Below, one piece after another: positions 45,130-63,024 of a DNA stretch of 64,000 bases. The notes below the pieces were generated by a model that saw only the letters and a program-made list of their open reading frames with translations, ran no database searches and was not told the origin of the DNA. The stretch comes from the human T2T-CHM13v2.0 reference genome, Homo sapiens, in NCBI RefSeq assembly GCF_009914755.1, contig NC_060934.1, one strand, 5' to 3'. Numbering within the stretch: position 1 is the stretch's first letter; each line of letters opens with the position of its first letter. The translations under genes were made by a program, and so were the position numbers.

Positions 45130-47003
45130 CTTTTTTAAAACAATTTTATCTAGGGATAATTACAAACAATAAGCTGCACATACATAAAGTATAAAATTTG
45201 ATAAGGTTTAACATATATATACATCTAGGAATCCATCCCCACAATTAATATAATGAACATATCCATCACCATCAAACGTTTACTCCCACGTATTCATAAT
45301 CCTTTCCTTCCTTCCCTTCACACCTACCACGTCCCCTGGCACCACTGCTGATCTGCTTTCTGTCACAGTTTGCTTTTTCTGGAATTTTCTATGAATGTAA
45401 TCATACAGTATAAACTCCTTTTTGTCTGGCTTATCTTACTTAGCACAATAATTTTGAGCTCCATTCATACAGTTTAATGTACCAATAGTTAATGCATTTT
45501 TATTTCTGAGTAGTATTACAATGTGTATATATAACACAGTATTTTATCTGTTCACCTGTTGGTGGACATTTTGACGGTTTCTAATTTGGTCTATTACAAA
45601 TAAAGATGCTATGAACATTCTTGTACAAGTCTTCATATGGACATATATTATTATTACTCTTGAAAAATACCTAGAAGCAGAATGGCCCAATTCTATGGTG
45701 CAAGATTAATCTTTTTAAAAAATTGCTAAAGTATTTGCCAAAATAGTTGTACCATCTTAATTCCCATCAGCTGTCTATGAGAGTTTCAGTTGCTCCACAT
45801 ACAAACACTTGAGATGGTCAATCTTTTTGATTTTGGACAATCTAATACATATGTAGCCATATCACAATATAGTTTTAGTTTGCATTTTTCTTAATGACTA
45901 ACTTTATTTTCTTTTTATATGCCTATTTTCCATCTTTTCCATCTCCTAAGGTAAAGTGTCTACTCAAATCTTTTGCCTTTTTTAAAAAAAATTGTTTTCT
46001 TCTTATTAAGATGTAAGAATTCTTTATACATTCTGGATATAAGTTCTTTATAAATTTGGAATTTATAAATATCTTCACTATGTCAACAATGACTTTCAAA
46101 GAACATAATTTCCTAATTTTGATAAAGTCCAAATTATGTTTTTCTTTTAACAATCACTCTTTTGGTGGTTTATCTAGGACACCTTTGTCTAACTCGAGAT
46201 CACCAAAAATTCCTCCTATATTTTCTTCTAGAAGGGTTACAGTTTACTTTAGATCTTACATTAAGATCTGTGATCAATTTTGAGTTTACTATTAAAGACT
46301 CTTACGCTTTGTCCTGGGAAGCAGTTATGTTTCTCGGAAGCAGTTTAATCTCTTGAGTACTGGCTTTAAGCTTTGTTAGTTGGAATCAGAGCAACATGTA
46401 ATCTAATTTTGCCCACTACTGAGGCAAAACCTTTCTGAATACTCTTCCAGGACTTCGTAAGTTCCAAGGTTTCCTCTCTGGGTGATGACGGGAATAGAAA
46501 CTATTTCTGGCTCTGTATGAGCTCTGAGCCTTGTTTTTTCCCGCTAATGTCTTTAAATCATTCCTTTCCTGACCTCAAGTAGTTTCCTCACAATCATACA
46601 TTGATCAATAATCAGCTGAAGACTCAAGGGTGACTCTTTGCAAATTCTCTAGAGTTCTCTATGTAGGGCTCTCTTCTCTCCTTGACTCTGCCCTAAAAAC
46701 TCTGTCTTCTTTGGCCTCCCCGGGTTCCCAGCTCTGTTTCCTCACCTCATGGAGACGGCTGGACTCCACCTGGATGCCCACCTTGTGCTGTGGCCTAGAA
46801 ACTCTCCAGTCAATCAGGTGGGCAGTCACAGAACCCACCTTGTTTCTTTCTATGTTTCTGAGATGGGTGGCTCATTGCCTGGCATCCAGAATCTTCAAAA
46901 CCAGTGTTTCATGTATTTCATTTGTGTGTGTGTGTGTTTAGCTGTTTTTTAAGGGAAGTTAAATGCAGCCTCTGCTATTACACATTAGTTGGAAGTAGAA
47001 GTC
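45130..47003 (-). mobile_element. old L1M (ME/MC-like) fragments
   Basis: antisense L1 3'UTR/ORF2 to about 46290, then probable L1M 5'-type sequence. Confidence 0.75.
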
Positions 47004-47204
47004 TCCCACAGTATAATGTGGGAGACATATTCTAAAAGACAGCAGCATTTCCTATTTTAAGTAGGTCAACCATTTGAAAATCTACCCTATGTATGGGCAA
47101 TAACTTTCGAAAATAATTTATTTACATTTCTATTTTCTTCATAGAAGTTGATCTCTAGAAATCATTGCTGTAACCACAGGATGGAAAATACAGTCAACCA
47201 TAGG

Positions 47205-47895
47205 GTTTTGTTCATAGATTCATTTACCAAATATTTGTTAAACAGCTACAGGTATTGGGGGAAATTACTACTCCAGGTATTGAAGGCAAGGGGTCAGTGG
47301 AATATATTAGTAAACAAAGAGACAAGATTCTTGACATTAGAAAAGTACCTTTTACACATAACTGCTAAAGATAAGTGTTTTACATATATTAACTCTAATC
47401 CTCATAACAACCCCGCTGCATAAGCAGTAACAATTAGCAAACTCCATTTAAAGATGAGGTAACTAAGGTAAAGAGAGTTTGAGTAACTTATCCAGGGTAG
47501 TACAAGTAATAAGAGTCAGGGATGGGATTCAGTCTAGGCAGTTTAGCTCCAGGATCTCTTCCCTGGGCCATTATGTGACCTTTTATTTACACGTGTCAAC
47601 AAAACAACACATTGTAACATGGCAGGGATTCGACTGCTTTACAAGGGCAGATAAAGCAGAGTAAGGAGACAGTGATAGAATGTGCTGCCTTACAGAGTGA
47701 CCCATGCAAAGCATTTCCTAAGAGGTGGTGTTTGAGGCAGAGAGCTGAATAAAGCAAGAGAGAGAGATGTGCAGCCACCTGGGGAAGAGCATTTCAGGCA
47801 GAGGGCACAGCAAGTGCAAAGGTCCTGAGACAGAAATGCTGGATGTGCTCAAGGAGCAGCAAGAAGCCAGTGTGGCTAGAGCACCAAGAGAAGGA
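47205..47895 (-). mobile_element. L2 3' end with nested antisense MIR (about 47365-47575)
   Basis: ttcatttaccaaatatttgttaaacagctac...cagcaagtgcaaaggtcctgag; MIR aatcctcataacaaccc. Confidence 0.75.
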
Positions 47896-48884
47896 AAAAG
47901 TGGGTGGCTGAGAGAAGAAATTAATATGATTTATATAAAATGCCTCCCACAATGCCTGGCACTTAGTGGATGGAAGCTAGATAAAGGGTGGACATTATTA
48001 GTATCATCATTGCAATTAGCACGAGTGCTTTGAGAGAAAAATGACTGGAGAGAAAGGAGGCACCCTCCATGACTTGGGTTAATCAGAGAAGACTTCTTGG
48101 AATGGGGACTTAGGCTGAGCTTCCAAAAATAAGACCTTTCCCCTATTTCCAAGCAACACCATGAAGCCTCTTTCCCCACATTCCTGGGAATGAGGATGGG
48201 TGAGTCTTCTGACTTGAAGAGATGACCCAAAGCCGTATACTAAGAGGTCAGTAGATTCACAAAAGAGAAATTAAAAATCATTTATTTTTCCTTCTGAGTT
48301 TTCTTTGGCTTCTTGTCTGAGCCTCTCCCTGCTGGCCCTTTGATCTCAGAATCCCTTCATTCCCTGGTCCATTTTTTAAAGATTTTGAAAGGAAGTCTCC
48401 AATGAAGATTGTTATTAGGGCTTTAAGCCAGATGGAGTGAATTAAATCAGAGTCAAAGAAAACCTGAGTGGCCTTTTCCACTGATAAGTTTCTATTTGCA
48501 CTATTTTATCATAGTAGGAATGGCTCTTCTGAATGTCCAAATGGCACTGAATAAGCAGAGAAAGAGAGAAGTAACTCTGATGAAGAACTGTTCCTTGCCC
48601 TTAAATGTCAGAGACTTCAATTGCTCATCACACGGAGACCAGGGGGTCATCAGGCTGAAAGAACAGGATGGAGACCATAAGCAGAATTTTTTTAAAATGC
48701 CACGTGGGTTTCTAGAAAAAAATGCCTAGTCAGCTTTCTCAGGTAACACTAACTCATAATTACCTTGCCGCCTCTTGTTTGTGATATGAGATGGCTGATT
48801 CTCCTGGGCTTACCTTTAGCTCCAAGCTGTTAAAAGAAAGGAAGGGAAGGAAGAGAGCTCTGAGCAAGTAGCCCAGAGCCACAG

Positions 48885-49315
48885 TCAGAGTGTGGGCTCT
48901 GGTGGCAGCCTGCACCTGTATCAAAATCTCCTTGGGGGTTTGAAAAAACGTAAACCCTGGCTCCCTCCCAAGCCTCCTTAGATATTCTGAGGGTAGCACC
49001 TCAAGGTCAAATTCACCAGGTGATTCTTAAACAAGGCAGTTGCAGATGAGCCCTCTGAGAATATGCCTGTGCCAGGATCCTTTCTTGAGGCAGCTTCTGG
49101 AAAGGTCATCAGGGTGGTGGTGAACTAGGGGTTCTCTACCCTCTCTTGGCACAGAATCACCTGAGAGCTTAAAAGATACAGCTGCCTGGGCTTTTAGGCC
49201 TGAGATTCTGCAGCAATCTTCTGTGGTAAGTCCAGCCTTGTCTTGTCTTTTTTTTTTTTTTTTTCTTAAGGTTCCAAAGGTAAATCCAATATGCAGGCAA
49301 GGTTGACAACTAGCA
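48885..49315. mobile_element. two MER5-like hAT-Charlie MITEs
   Basis: caccaggtgattctt and ctaggggttctc...cagaatcacctgagagctt...aatatgcaggcaaggttgacaactag. Confidence 0.6.
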
Positions 49316-49524
49316 GGTCACAGAGCAGGGGCAACAATGCCAGAGGCCATAGGGCTAGGCAGGCAATGGGAATGCGTGAAACAGGCTGTCTGGGACAGGT
49401 GAAATAGAAACCCCAGTTCCATTCCAAGACGGTGGCCACTACTCAGCTAGCCAACTCCTGGTTATGTGGAAACAAAACCCATTTGTGCCAACCCTTCTGA
49501 TTTTTCAAGAAAAGTCAAAAATCA

Positions 49525-49872
<348 letters not shown>

Positions 49873-50436
49873 TCACACAAAATATACACATTACTGTGTG
49901 CACAGAAGAGAACACACCCGTGGGTGGCTGTGGCTCAGAGACTGCCCATCTGTGACTTTTGCTTGTGAACTTTCTCAGCCTGTGGACACACTAGGTGGCC
50001 CCTCTGTGGTGACCTCTCCTTGGGGGCCAGTTCTATAAGTGCTCTTGGTTTGTGTGTAGTCCCATCTGCCTCCCTAGAATTTCTCTTCTTTGATGTGGTT
50101 TGCCAGATCTCCTGACTTGTTTGAAGCCAAAGAAGTTGTCTCATAATTAATATTTAAGAAGGAGTATTTTGTATTTTTACTTTCTGTAGAATCCTTTTAT
50201 CTTAGACAAGAGATATGTGTAAGAATATGATTTTCATAAATGACATCTGAGTGTTTTTTGTTCTATCAAACTCTATGGGCACTCAAGCTTAGAGTGCTCA
50301 TACAGATTGTTATCAAAACCAGAAGACTCTAGAAAATGAATGTAACTCAAGAGTTAATGGGTGTAAACTGGTTCGTATAGTCAGCTCACTCTGGCTTCAC
50401 TTGTACAAATTTGGTTCTGGTTAGGAACCCCTACTT

Positions 50437-50819
50437 ATTTGTTTTCTAATTTTTTTATTTCCACAGGTTTTGGGGAACAGGTGGCATTTAGTTACATGAG
50501 TAAGTTCGTTCTTTAGTTGTGATTTGTGGAATTTTGATGCACCTATATTCTGAGCAGTATACACTGAACCCAATTTGTTGTTTTCTATCCCGCACCCACC
50601 CCCCTACTCACCTTTTCCCCCAAGTCCCCTAAGCCCCTTGTGCCTTCGCATCCTCATAGCTTAGCTCCCACTTATGAGTGAGAACATACAATGTTTGGTT
50701 TTCCATTCCTGAGTTACTTCACTTAGAATAAGTCTCCAATTCAATCCGGTTGCTAGGAATGCTATTGATTCATTCCTTTTTATGGCTGAGTAGTATTCCA
50801 ACATATATGTGTGTGTGTA
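50437..50819 (-). mobile_element. L1PB-like element, 3' part (left piece)
   Basis: tatttccacaggttttggggaacaggtggcatttagttacatgagtaagttc matches the L1PB 3'UTR antisense. Confidence 0.9.
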
Positions 50820-51725
50820 GGAGGGAGGAGCCAAGATGGACGAATAGGAACAGCTCCGGTCTACAGCTCCCAGCGTGAGCGACGCAGAAGACGGTGATTT
50901 CTGCATTTCCATCTGAGGTACCGGGTTCATCTCACTAGGGAGTGCCAGACAGTGGGCGCAGGTCAGTGGGTGTGTGCACCGTGTGCGAGCCGAAGCAGGG
51001 CAAGGCATTGCCTCACTCGGGAAGCGCAAGGGGTCAGGGAGTTCCCTTTCTGAGTCAAAGAAAGGGGTGATGGACGCACCTGGAAAATCGGGTCACTCCC
51101 ACCTGAATACTGCGCTTTTCTGACGGGCTTAAAAAACGGCGCACCACGAGATTATATCCCGCACCTGGCTTGGAGGGTCCTACGCCCACGGAGTCTCACT
51201 GATTGCTAGCACAGCAGTCTGAGATCAAACTGCTAGGCGGCAGCGAGGCTGGGGGAGGGGCGCCCGCCATTGCCCAGGCTTGCTTAGGTAAACAAAGCAG
51301 CCAGGAAGCTCGAACAGGGTGGAGCCCACCACAGCTCAAGGAGGCCTGCCTGCCTCTGTAGGCTCCACCTCTGGGGGCAGGGCACAGACAAACAAAAAGA
51401 CAGCAGTAACCTCTGCAGACTTAAATGTCCCTGTCTGACAGCTTGGAAGAGAGCAGTGGTTCTCCCAGAACATAGCTGGAGATCTGAGAACGGGCAGACT
51501 GCCTCCTCAAGTGGGTCCCTGACCCCTGACCCCCGAGCAGCCTAACTGGGAGGCACCCCCCAGCAGGGGCACACTGACACCTCACACGGCAGGGTATTCC
51601 AACAGACCTGCAGCTGAGGGTCCTGTCTGTTAGAAGGAAAACTAACAAACAGAAAGGACATCCATACCAAAAACCCATCTGTACATCACCATCATCAAAG
51701 ACCAAAAGTAGATAAAACCACAAAG
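50820..51725 (+). promoter_or_regulatory. L1 5'UTR with internal sense and antisense promoters
   Basis: complete CpG-rich 906-bp 5'UTR; promoter function is known for the family, not shown for this copy. Confidence 0.8.
51196..51270 (-). pseudogene. ORF0: L1 ORF0 truncated after 24 codons
   Basis: MAGAPPPASLPPSSLISDCCASNQ then TGA (from CGA). Confidence 0.8.
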
Positions 51726-52742
51726 ATGGGGAAAAAACAGAACAGAAAAACTGGAAACTCTAAAAAGCAGAGCGCCTCTCCTCCTCCAAAGGAACGCAGT
51801 TCCTCACCAGCAATGGAACAAAGCTGGACGGAGAATGACTTTGACGAGCTGAGAGAAGAAGGCTTCAGACGATCAAATTACTCTGAGCTACGGGAGGACA
51901 TTCAAACCAAAGGCAAAGAAGTTGAAAACTTTGAAAAAAATTTAGAAGAATGTATAACTAGAATAACCAATACAGAGAAGTGCTTAAAGGAGCTGATGGA
52001 GCTGAAAACCAAGGCTCGAGAACTACGTGAAGAATGCAGAAGCCTCAGGAGCTGATGCGATCAACTGGAAGAAAGGGTATCAGCGATGGAAGATGAAATG
52101 AATGAAATGAAGCGAGAAGGGAAGTTTAGAGAAAAAAGAATAAAAAGAAATGAGCAAAGCCTCCAAGAAATATGGGACTATGTGAAAAGACCAAATCTAC
52201 GTCTGATTGGTGTACCTGAAAGTGATGGGGAGAATGGAACCAAGTTGGAAAACACTCTGCAGGATATTATCCAGGAGAACTTCCCCAATCTAGCAAGGCA
52301 GGCCAATGTTCAGATTCAGGAAATACAGAGAACGCCACAAAGATACTCCTCGAGAAGAGCAACTCCAAGACACATAATTGTCAGATTTACCAAAGTTGAA
52401 ATGAAGGAAAAAATGTTAAGGGCAGCCAGAGAGAAAGGTCAGGTTACCCTCAAAGGGAAGCCCATCAGACTAACAGCAGATCTCTCGGCAGAAACCCTAC
52501 AAGCCAGAAGAGAGTGGGGGCCAATATTCAACATACTTAAAGAAAAGCATTTTCAACCCAGAATTTCATATCCAGCCAAACTAAGCTTCATAAGTGAAGG
52601 AGAAATAAAATACTTTACAGACAAGCAAATGCTGAGAGATTTTGTTACCACTAGGCCTGCCCTAAAAGAGCTCCTGAAGGAAGTGCTAAACATGGAAAGG
52701 AACAACCGGTACCAGCCGCTGCAAAATCATGCCAAAATGTAA
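51726..52742 (+). pseudogene. ORF1: L1 ORF1p with one premature stop
   Basis: MGKKQNRK...QNHAKM; in-frame TGA at 52053-52055. Confidence 0.95.
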
Positions 52743-52805
52743 AGACCATCAAGACTAGGAAGAAACTGCATCAACTAACGAGCAAAATAACCAGCTAATA
52801 TCATA

Positions 52806-56628
<3,823 letters not shown>

Positions 56629-56853
56629 ACAATGAGATCACATGGACACAGGGAGGGGAATATCACACTCTGGGGACTGTTGTGGGTTGGGGGGAGGGGG
56701 GGAGGGATAGCATTGGGAGATATACCTAATGCTAGATGACGAGTTAGTGGGTGCAGCGCACCAGCATGGCACATGTATACATATGTAACTAACCTGCACA
56801 ATGTGCACATGTACCCTAAAACTTAAAGTATAATAAAAAAAAATTAAAAAAAA

Positions 56854-57336
56854 TGAATATAATGATACTTATCTTGTATTAATGCTATAAAAATTAAATG
56901 TTAAAAGGACTAAACAAGAAAACATGTGAAAACACCTGAAATGACGCTCCCTTCCTATTTGGTCAAGTTAATTATTCTTTTTAACTCAAAGTTCTAGCCA
57001 GTTCAGAATAGTCTCCAAACCATTCTAAGTCATCTGACACTTATCCATAAATGCCTGCAGCAGTTCATATGATTCTATGTATGTGTGTGTGCATATATAT
57101 TTGTCTATACACACGCAATGCTTAAAAACCAGGACTCTGGATGAAGACACACTTTAAAAAGAGAAATGCATAATTATTATAAAGGTGGTTCTTTAATTTT
57201 TCCATTGACAAAAACCATTTATTCAAACCATCCTGCTTTTTTTTCCCACAGTGAGCATGTATTATTTACATAACCAGGAAAAACAATAAATATTGCTGAT
57301 TTCATTGTGAAAAAGACATTTCTTAAAAAAAAAAAA
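56854..57336 (+). other. probable L1 3'-transduced segment with second poly(A)
   Basis: non-L1 DNA between the L1 tail and A12 (57325-57336), AATAAA at 57285-57290, enclosed by two L1PB pieces. Confidence 0.75.
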
Positions 57337-57410
57337 TGAGAATTGTCTATTCATGTCCTTAGTGTACTTTTTGATGGGATTGTTTGTTTTTTTTCCTGTT
57401 AATTTGTTTA
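57337..57410 (-). mobile_element. L1PB-like element, right piece
   Basis: tgagaattgtctattcatgtccttag...; followed by aagaacccttactt matching aggaacccctactt at 50423-50436. Confidence 0.8.
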
Positions 57411-57425
57411 AAAGAACCCTTACTT

Positions 57426-57486
57426 TAAGAAAGCTCCCCAGATAAACTGGATGCAGGTGGTCTGTGGACTGCACTTTTAAACACTG
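57426..57486. mobile_element. MER5-like MITE end
   Basis: aagctccccagataaactggatgcaggtggtctgtggactgcacttttaaacactg. Confidence 0.6.
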
Positions 57487-58234
57487 ACATTGTAGTAGAA
57501 AGGGAAGACAGTAGAAAAATGTCCATTTGGAAGATGGAAACACTGAGTCTAGAGAGAGGACTCACTGACACCCAGCTGTGTAATACTCGCTACATTATAA
57601 GATGAGCAGCCAGCCAGCGAGAAAAGACAAAGACAAATACTAATTGCTAACCTCCCACTTTCCTTTTTCCAGATTCCTCACAAAAGTACTTTGTTAGCTC
57701 TACTTGATTACATAGTACTTGACTGTCTTCAAGTAAATGCCTAAAGGCAACTGGTAATTAATGACATGCGTATAAGCATTGTGATGAGCAATAAACATAT
57801 GCTGAAAACATGCATTTTTGTGAGATATGCTAATGAATCTTAGCACCCCAAACTACAAGCAAAACTCCAGAAGGGTTTTCTTTTTATTTATGTATTTTAA
57901 CCAACGACCAATTGATAGGTAATGAGTTCACTCAGGGCTGGCTTCCCATGCTATGGGCACTGGGGGCGCTGATGGACCCATTTGAAATGCTTCAAAAACC
58001 CCTCTGTTTCCAGTGGCAAGGAATTGGCAAGGATAATCTACATTTTATTTCTGTCAGCCATAATCACATATCTGCACAACATAAATGCATCAAGAAATGG
58101 CTTTCTTGTTTTTTTGATTGGTGGACTCTCATCTAATGAGCTCGAGTCAAAGAATTTCATGGTGTTGAAGACTACTGGGACCTCTGAGGGTAACAAGCAT
58201 ATTCCAATGCCTTTTCTGGAAAAGCTAAAACAGA

Positions 58235-58455
58235 ATTTAGTGTGTAGACATGGACTATGGATTCTGCGCCCTGGGTTTGAATCCTGGCTCTGGCACTTTA
58301 GAGCTTAACTTCTCTGGGCCTCAGTTTCCCCATTTGTAAATGTGGATGACGACAGTACCTACTTCATAGCGTTTTTGATGACTGATAAATAAGCTAATGC
58401 TTGTGAAGCACTTAGAAGAGTGCCTGGCACATGGCAAGATCTCTAAATATGGTAT
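58235..58455 (+). mobile_element. MIR
   Basis: cctgggtttgaatcctggctct...cctcagtttccccatttgtaaa...gtgcctggcacatgg. Confidence 0.85.
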
Positions 58456-59564
58456 TGTGGCTTGAAGGACCTGGCTTCCCTTGCAGCAGAGCCCCCATGT
58501 AGGAAGTTGGGTTTAAGGGCCTGTTGGTTGACTTTGTCCTCTCAGTTCTCATATGCGAATCACTTCCCATGTCCCCACTGTGCCAAAAAAAAAAAAAGCA
58601 TTTCAGTTTCTTCATTTCCTCAAAGTCTCCTTAGGACAATATTAACTTTTGACACAAAGGCTCCCATGAAATTGTCTGTTGGTTGGTTTTAGACAGGAAA
58701 CAAGACTCCTTGGCTCAAAAGAAAGATTTACCCAGGGAGTTTTGGAGTTCAGCTATGGAGTAGATCAGAAACTGGGGTCCTTCCTGTTCCTAAAAACACA
58801 CGCTGTAGGCAGCTGAGTATGTTGCCTACAACTGTGCCCTGGCCTTTCTGAGGTCTGTGAGCTGTCCTTCCTAGGGTGAAGTCTGACCTCTCTCCCTCTC
58901 CTGTACCAGATATGGACCACACACCACCCTCCCCATCTTCCACCCTCATCTTCAGGAGAGATTGAAACTGTGCAAGTTTCTTTTTCTCTCCTCTCCAGAC
59001 ATTCCATGTTTAGAATCATAGGCGCCTTTATTTTCAGCTTTCAGCAACTGTTCCAGGCAGAAAATGCCTGCCAAGTGTTCTGGGTTGCATTCAGGCCATT
59101 TGAGCTCATGCTTTGCTGAACAAAAGTCTGTGCTGACATTTCTAGAAAACAGTAACACTTTGGGGCTGCAGTGAGGCATCCCTCTTCTATGCGGAAAGGG
59201 TATTCCTGGGAGAGGTTTGAAACTCCAGAGAAATAATTACAGTGCTTTCTACTTGACAGAACTTTATAGTTTACCAAGTTCCTATGCATCTATGATTTCA
59301 TTTGCATCTTGTAACAACTGTGAGAAGTAGTCATGACAAGGATTAGGACTGTTATTTTACAGATGACAGAGCTGCAGATAAGAGTGAGGTAAGCATTTGA
59401 CATTCGTGCAAGAGCTTGGTCTCTTGACTTCCAAACCTATGAGCTTTCCACAAATATCAACATGATAACATCCACACACTGCTTTGATATACAATTTACA
59501 CTGCACTAACACGAGCACAGTATCATTTTTATCACCATGAATGTCCCATGAGTTACAAGGCGAA

Positions 59565-60002
59565 GTGTTTTAGTCAGCAAGAATACTCTATGCTGTAGTA
59601 ACAAATAAGCCCTAATATCATAGAAACTTGCCCAAACAGAGATTGATTTCTTACTCATACCATACATAATCTGATGCAGATCTCTGTAGTGGCTTTTCTC
59701 CAAGTGGTAACTTGGATCCAGACTGCTTCATATTATTCTCCTGACATTTAAAAAATAATGGCCTTAGAAGTCACTGGGAAATGAGAACAGAGTGTCATCC
59801 ATTTTCTGGAAGGTTTTATGGCCAGGCCTGGAAGGTTTTATGGCCAGGACTGGAAGGAGAATACATTATTTCCACTCACGTGTGATTGGCCTGAACTCAG
59901 TCATAACTTCAACCTAACCACAAAGGAAAGATAGTCTTGTTGTGTGCCCAGGAAGAATAAATGAAATGGGGTTTGGCGAATACAGAGCATTCTTTCTGCT
60001 AC
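59565..60002 (-). mobile_element. MLT1 (J/K-like) LTR
   Basis: ttagtcagcaagaatactctatgctgtagtaacaaataagccc...tgtgtgcccaggaaga. Confidence 0.7.
59806..59857. repeat. 22-bp tandem duplication (2.4 copies)
   Basis: ctggaaggttttatggccagg[c/a] twice, then ctggaagg. Confidence 0.95.
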
Positions 60003-60579
60003 TTTGAATTATACCAGTACTTGTTCAGGCTGTCTGTAGTGTGTTGAAAAATAAAACATCATGGTAAAAAACTCGTAATATTGTGCCAACTATATGGTAG
60101 CCACAAAATACCTGCAGGACAAATTGAACTATTTCCAACATGAAGCTTCCCACAAGCTAAAGAATGGTGCTGCATATCAGAACAGGTTATCAGGCCAGAA
60201 CAAAGGATGGCAGATAATTTTGCATATTACTGGAACTGAAATGGAAATATTATGTTTTCACTTTTTTTTGTATTCCTATCTGCATTTACAAATGATTTGA
60301 GTGGATTTCTAATCTTGAAGCATATCCAAAATAACAAAACCATACACACATAAAAGGAAGTTAAATAGAGCAGAGAATTAGCTATACCAAAAATTTGAAA
60401 TTGATCAATCATTACAACTAAGCAATAGGTTTGGTTGCATGCTTACTGAAAGCTAAAGTAAAAAGGCGATAAAGGTAATAACATTTTGAGCATCTCTGAT
60501 GTCCCAATTACTACATGAAATGTTTTATATACATCAGCATATTTGATCCACGTATCAGCTTGTAAGATAGCTAATGATA

Positions 60580-60790
60580 GTAGCCACCCCATATTGAATT
60601 CTTAGACTAGGCCAGGTCCAAGGCTAAACACTTTACATGTATAACTATTTAAACCTAACTAATGTACCATTTTATAATAAGAAAAGTAGAGGTTCAATGA
60701 AATGACATGAACTGTCCAAAGTATAATTAGTGGCCAAGGCTGGATCCAACTCAGCCCTATCTATTCCAAAATCTGTGCTCTTTCCATAAA
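60580..60790 (-). mobile_element. MIR
   Basis: cattttataataagaaaagtagaggttcaatgaaatgacatgaactgtccaaag. Confidence 0.6.
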
Positions 60791-61538
60791 CTAATAGAAT
60801 TATTCATCATGTAAAAGGAAACATATAATTAAGGAAACACCGGAAATACAGAAGATGCACATGTTCTCTATTAAAAAAAAAAGTGGTATCTTAGTGAGCT
60901 CCAAATCAAGTCCAAAACTTTTCTTATTATTTCAAACCCCTTGAAAGTCAAGAAAGAGTTCACTCTTGAGGATATTCAAGGGGACTGCAACATACCTGAG
61001 GCAGAGAGAGGGCTGAAAGCCAGAGGAGGAAACAGTGCAAGCAAACAGAGGTTGGAATTCTGTAGGAGGCCATCTAGCAATACAGCACCAGAGCTGCCAA
61101 GCCTTCTCCCAGCACTCCATTTATTAGACTGAATTATATCAGATCCTGAAGGCTGAAACACTAGAAATGAAGGAATTTTCATTTTTATGAAAGGACTAGA
61201 AATAAACGAGAGAGAGAAAAACATGCAGTCTATGTATTAGTTTACTTTACTGCCTTTGGCTGACACATGGGCCGTCACTGGCCTATGGTGGGGCTGCCTC
61301 TCACAGCATCACGTTGCATATCACCTCCCTAATGAGCAGCTGCTTTCAGTCCATGCCTGCTGTAGACTCAAGGCTAAAGGTGCATTCTCTCCCAAAGCCA
61401 GGGACAGGCAAACATCCAGGGATAAGCCCTTGGTGAACCTCTGTGCTTTGCCTACTTCATAGCCAGCTGGAAGTGAGGGGCTGGCCTGGAGTATCTCCAA
61501 AGTCTAGAGCCGAGTGGATATGTCCTGAATTACAAATG

Positions 61539-62591
61539 CGGGTAGCCTTCACTTTATACTATTCTGATACACACAGATTTCAGTTACCACCGTTTACTTC
61601 AAAAGCAGCAGTCCTTCAACAACACAGTTCAATTTCAGTTAACACAGTATATTAACTGTCAGTATTTGAATAAAGTACAAACCTCACTGCCAGGTCTTCG
61701 GTCCCCAAATCACTATGTAAATAATAGATCCACCCCATGTTCTGAGACCAGTCGAGTTATGTCTTTCAAAGCCTGTTGGGGATTGCTCACTGCCCATCTC
61801 TTATTTATTTCACATAAAGCCAGCAAAGCATGTAGTTGTGTTACCTTCTTGTCTCCTGGTGATAAAACCCATAGGACATTTTATAAAAATGAATAATCAA
61901 AAGAAGGAGTTGGCCAAAAAAAGGAGAGCGCCACAAAGAAGTGAAAAATGAAAATGCTGGAAGTGAAATTGAAATCCAATGCAAATGGAGCATTTTAGCT
62001 GATTGCGCTATTCAAGGGACTCTGGATACCCAGCCAGCGGAACTTAGTGAAGGTAAACTTTAGACGTCAATGAGGAAAGTGCTTGTGGCGAAAAGGAGAA
62101 AAAATTTTCCTAGAGAAATTAGCATCCTCAAAAAACTTCACATTAAAAGAACTCTTGGAGCTACTTTGTGACATTATAAGTGTAAAGAATAAAATGCTGG
62201 AAGGTAATCCAAACTTAGCAAACAGTATGGTAATTTACCAGGGTACAGAAAATATGTTCACGTGTATTGTAACTTACACAATGACAAGAAGACAAGAACT
62301 GTTCAAATTACTCTTCATCGCTTTTTTATAAGAAATAAACTTTTCACATTATCAATGTTTCTAATATTTTGAATAACACTGTAGTAACTAAATATTAATG
62401 TCACTTTTTTTTGCATTTCCCTATACATTTAAAAGTGACAGTAAGATAGTTTTTAATGTTTTGATGAAAATCTTTAAAGGTCACAGAACAATCATACATT
62501 TTCCTATTGATTATTAAGATCATTGTTTGTGGTTTCGGCTTGCATGGTCATTTTTACTGCCACAAAATAACATGCAAAGCAAGAAATCGTG
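61539..62591 (+). mobile_element. Tigger6-like internally deleted TcMar-Tigger DNA transposon
   Basis: decayed TIRs, atttcagttaccac repeats and transposase remnants (KNFTLKELLELLCDIISVKNKMLEGNPNL). Confidence 0.75.
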
Positions 62592-63024
62592 TATTTCCCA
62601 GCTCTTTCAGTGAGAAGTTCTGCTCACATACGGCATAACACAAAAATAATGACCTCTAAAAGATGCCCATGACAGGCCCCAGAGAATGAGATTCATTGCT
62701 GTGATACTTATAATTCAGTTAACCTCTTGTGAGGGTTCCTGAAGTCTGGATACAGTCCTAGAAAGAAAGGAGGTTGATAAAAAAGGTATGTGATATTTTC
62801 CAGAAAAGAGCTTCTGGGATGTCTAAGTGCTATATCACTGGAGGAATATCATTCATCTAAAAGGAAGATCCATATATCAAAGTGGAATAGCCAAGCAACT
62901 AGATGGAGTGTCTTATTTGAATCTGTAAAGAAATCTGGTCTAAAGATGAATAATTGGGATTTGCTGCCCTACTAGTCATAGCAAAGGCCATCAGCCACAA
63001 CTAGGAGTCTGCCTAAGAGACACT

